Below, piece after piece: positions 61,331 through 64,000 of a DNA stretch of 64,000 nucleotides (within the stretch, counting starts at the first letter, position 1; every line of letters begins with the position of its first letter). The stretch lies in the NCBI GenBank assembly GCA_965224485.1, contig CBDCZH010000015.1:512001-576000 (forward strand), given 5' to 3'. Under the pieces are notes generated by a model. The model did not search any database, was not told the DNA's origin, and saw only the letters and a program-made list of their open reading frames with translations. Source of the DNA: Arcobacteraceae bacterium (GTDB lineage: Bacteria; Campylobacterota; Campylobacteria; Campylobacterales; Arcobacteraceae). The translations under genes and the position numbers were made by a program.

Positions 61331-62437
61331 ATGAAAATTGGATTAGTAAAAGAGATTAAAGTACATGAATATAGAGTTGGTTTAACACCTGATTGTGTTG
61401 AAGCATATGTAAAAAATGGTCACACAGTTTTTGTTGAAGTTGATGCTGGTATTGGAGCTGGTTTTGAAAATAGTGATTATGAAAAAGTGGGTGCTACAAT
61501 ACTAAGTGATAAACAAAAACTTTTTGATGATAGTGAGATGATTATAAAAGTAAAAGAGCCACTTAAAGAAGAGTATGATTTTTTTCACGAGGGTCAGATT
61601 TTATTCACTTATTTACACATTGCAGCAGATAAACCACAAGCCTTAGCTTTATTGGCAAAAAAAGTAAAAGCTATTGCTTATGAAACAATTACTTCAAGAG
61701 AGGGAGGACTTCCTTGCTTAACTCCTATGAGTGAAATAGCAGGAAGACTTGCAGCACAAGAAGGTGCAAAATATTTAGAAAAACCTTTTGGAGGAAGGGG
61801 AGTTTTATTAGGTGGAGTTCCAGGCGTTCAAAGAGGAAATGTAACAATAATAGGTGGGGGAATTGTTGGTCTTAATGCTTGTAAAATGGCTGTTGGACTA
61901 GGGGCTAATGTAACAGTATTAGATATATCTGCTTCAAGACTTGCTTATTATGATGATATTTTTGGCTCAAAAGTTACAACACTTTTTTCAAATAGATCAA
62001 ATATTCTAAAATCTATAAAAGAAGCTGATTTAGTAATTGGAGCTGTTCTGATTCCAGGTGCTGCTGCTCCTAAGTTGGTATCTAAAGAAGATTTAAAAGT
62101 AATGAAAAAAGCTGCTGTTATTGTTGATGTTGCTATTGATCAAGGAGGTTGTTTTGAAACATCTCATGCAACCTACCATGATAATCCAACCTTTGTAGTA
62201 AATGATGTATTACATTATTGTGTTGCAAATATGCCAGGAGCTGTTTCTTTAACATCAACCTTAGCTTTAACATCAACAACACTTAATCATGGTTTAAATA
62301 TTGCAAATAAAGGTTTAGAGAAAGCTTTAGCTGATGATATTCACTTATTACATGGACTTAATACCTATGATGGAAAATTAACAAATGAACCAGTAGCCCT
62401 AAGTTTAGGCATAGCATATGAGCCTGTAACATTCTAA
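61331..62437 (+). CDS. ald: Alanine dehydrogenase
   Basis: KEIK.HEYRV, KVKEP, PMSEIAGR, DVAIDQGGCFET and HYCVANMPGAV. Confidence 0.96.
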   Translation: MKIGLVKEIKVHEYRVGLTPDCVEAYVKNGHTVFVEVDAGIGAGFENSDYEKVGATILSDKQKLFDDSEMIIKVKEPLKEEYDFFHEGQILFTYLHIAADKPQALALLAKKVKAIAYETITSREGGLPCLTPMSEIAGRLAAQEGAKYLEKPFGGRGVLLGGVPGVQRGNVTIIGGGIVGLNACKMAVGLGANVTVLDISASRLAYYDDIFGSKVTTLFSNRSNILKSIKEADLVIGAVLIPGAAAPKLVSKEDLKVMKKAAVIVDVAIDQGGCFETSHATYHDNPTFVVNDVLHYCVANMPGAVSLTSTLALTSTTLNHGLNIANKGLEKALADDIHLLHGLNTYDGKLTNEPVALSLGIAYEPVTF

Positions 62438-62448
62438 TACAATAAAAA

Positions 62449-62481
62449 TAAAGCCAGAAAAACTATTTATTTCTGGCTTTA
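62449..62481 (+). terminator. Hairpin after ald
   Basis: TAAAGCCAGAAA-N9-TTTCTGGCTTTA. Confidence 0.65.
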
Positions 62482-62512
62482 CAATAAAGAAACTTTTTAC
62501 TATACTCTTAAT

Positions 62513-63139
62513 ATGGAATATATCAATTTAACAATATTAGCTATTTTTATCCCAACATTCTTTTTTGTATCGATTACTCCTGGAATGTGCATGACACTAT
62601 CTTTGAGTATGGGTATGAGTATAGGTGTTAAAAAAACTATGTATATGATGTATGGAGAGTTATTTGGTGTTGCGTTAGTAGCTTCTTCTTCTGTAATAGG
62701 AGTTGCATCTATTATGTTCAAATACCCAGAAATATTTTTATTTCTAAAATATGCAGGTGGGGCTTATTTATTTTACTTAGGTATTAATATGTGGCTTTCT
62801 CGTGGAAAAATGTCTTTAAGTTTAAAAGAGTGCTCCTATAATGTATCAAAAAAAAATCTAGCGTTCCAAGGTTTCCTAACAGCAATAGCAAATCCAAAAG
62901 GTTGGGCTTTTTTCGTAGCACTTTTACCACCTTTTATAGATATAAAAATTCCTTTATCTTTTCAACTACCAGCTCTTTTACTAATAATTCTAAGCCTAGA
63001 GTTTTTATGTTTAATAATATACGCAAGTGGAGGAAGTACTTTAAGAAAACTACTTAAAGACTCCTCAAATGTAAGAGTATTAAATAGAATATCAGGAACG
63101 TTGATGATAGGTGTTGGGATATGGCTGGCTCTCTCATAA
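62513..63139 (+). CDS. LysE/RhtB-family amino acid exporter
   Basis: SITPG, GG.YL.YLG and ANPK motifs. Confidence 0.9.
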   Translation: MEYINLTILAIFIPTFFFVSITPGMCMTLSLSMGMSIGVKKTMYMMYGELFGVALVASSSVIGVASIMFKYPEIFLFLKYAGGAYLFYLGINMWLSRGKMSLSLKECSYNVSKKNLAFQGFLTAIANPKGWAFFVALLPPFIDIKIPLSFQLPALLLIILSLEFLCLIIYASGGSTLRKLLKDSSNVRVLNRISGTLMIGVGIWLALS

Positions 63140-63154
63140 GCTTTTGCTTATGAG

Positions 63155-63362
63155 AATGAATAATTAATAATGAATAGTGAATAATGTAAGAAAGAACCGT
63201 TCACGAAGTGAACTCCTTAATTATTCATTATTAACTATTCAAAATGTTTTTTCTATTACGAACATTGTTTTATTACTTAATCTTAGTTATGTATAGTGTA
63301 AAAAAAACGTTCACTTCGTGAACTCCTTAATTATTCATTATTCACTTTTCATTATTCATTTA
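63155..63362. repeat. REP-like doublet: two 35-bp direct repeats with a palindromic core, embedded in heptamer repeats
   Basis: CGTTCAC(GAA|TTC)GTGAACTCCTTAATTATTCATTATT at 63198-63232 and 63308-63342. Confidence 0.75.
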
Positions 63363-63380
63363 AATCAGGCTGCGCCTAAT

Positions 63381-64000
63381 TTAACACTCCACTGCATTAA
63401 CAGCAAGTCCTCCAAGTGAGGTTTCTTTGTACTTATTCATCATATCTTTTCCTGTTATAAACATTGTTTTTATTACAGAATCTAGTGATACAAAATGTTT
63501 CCCATCTCCATTAATTGCCATTCTTGCTGCATTTACTGCTTTCATTGAGGCCATTGCATTTCTTTCTATGCAAGGAATTTGTACATATCCTCCAATTGGG
63601 TCACAAGTAAGTCCTAAGTTGTGCTCCATACCAATTTCAGCTGCATTTTCAACCTTATCTACATCAGCTCCCATTAACTCAGCTAAAGCTCCAGCTGCCA
63701 TAGAACAGGCAACTCCAACTTCACCTTGGCAACCAACATCAGCTCCTGAGATTGAGGCATTTTTCTGATATAACATTCCAATAGCTCCTGCTGTTAACAA
63801 AAAACTATTAATCTCTTCCATATCAAATTCTTCCAAATTTTTATTTAAAAATCTATTCATATAATGAATAACAGCAGGAATAATACCAGCAGCTCCATTT
63901 GTAGGAGCAGTGACAACTCTTCCTCCACAGGCATTCTCTTCATTTACTGCTAAAGCATACAAATCAATCCAGTCCATAACTTCTAAAGGGTCAACCATAG
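63381..64000 (-). CDS. sdaA: L-serine ammonia-lyase, C-terminal part (5' end beyond the window)
   Basis: [38 protein letters not shown] and YKETS.GGLA. Confidence 0.95.
   Translation of the reverse strand, partial: MVDPLEVMDWIDLYALAVNEENACGGRVVTAPTNGAAGIIPAVIHYMNRFLNKNLEEFDMEEINSFLLTAGAIGMLYQKNASISGADVGCQGEVGVACSMAAGALAELMGADVDKVENAAEIGMEHNLGLTCDPIGGYVQIPCIERNAMASMKAVNAARMAINGDGKHFVSLDSVIKTMFITGKDMMNKYKETSLGGLAVNAVEC

Noticed and set aside
63198..63342. Possible mini-CRISPR array (35-bp palindromic direct repeats)
   Set aside because: Only two copies, a 75-bp spacer, no cas genes, and the repeats merge into heptamer tracts
286..63768. Numerous short antisense or overlapping ORFs in the track (e.g. 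286-504, 1525-1923, 11398-11991, 16513-16983, 21732-22274, 43559-43864, 63427-63768)
   Set aside because: They are shadows of well-supported genes on the opposite strand, with no recognisable motifs

Overview
Very AT-rich bacterial chromosomal segment. Protein similarities (htrA-cprR-cprS, hrcA-grpE-dnaK with CIRCE plus HAIR-like sites) point to Campylobacterota, most likely Arcobacteraceae (inference). From left to right: (1) 1-9.8 kb, a complete C-P lyase phosphonate operon phnF'CDEGHIJKLM-(26-aa sORF)-NP. (2) 9.8-14.5 kb, a minus-strand effector/immunity pair: a ~1,326-aa protein with a PAAR-like (DUF4280-type) N-terminus and hydrophobic C-terminal helices, followed by a Sel1-repeat lipoprotein. 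(3) 14.8-41 kb, a complete ClpV-containing type VI secretion cluster, tssA-B-C-E-F-G-clpV-(44-aa lipoprotein)-fha-tssJ-K-L-M-phosphatase-kinase-hcp-vgrG-Sel1 lipoprotein-Tle1(DUF2235). Its order mirrors the Pseudomonas H2-T6SS, and tssM has an apparent -1 frameshift near its 3' end. (4) 41-64 kb, mostly core genes: mscS, tRNA-Leu/Ser/Cys, ilvD, htrA plus a two-component system, marC, dsbD, thioredoxin, rhodanese, psd, mltA, dnaK-grpE-hrcA, threonine aldolase, XRE-cupin regulator, ald, lysE and partial sdaA. This part includes probable ATT/ATA start codons and a family of intergenic tandem-repeat hairpins. All calls come from motif recognition only; no database searches were run.
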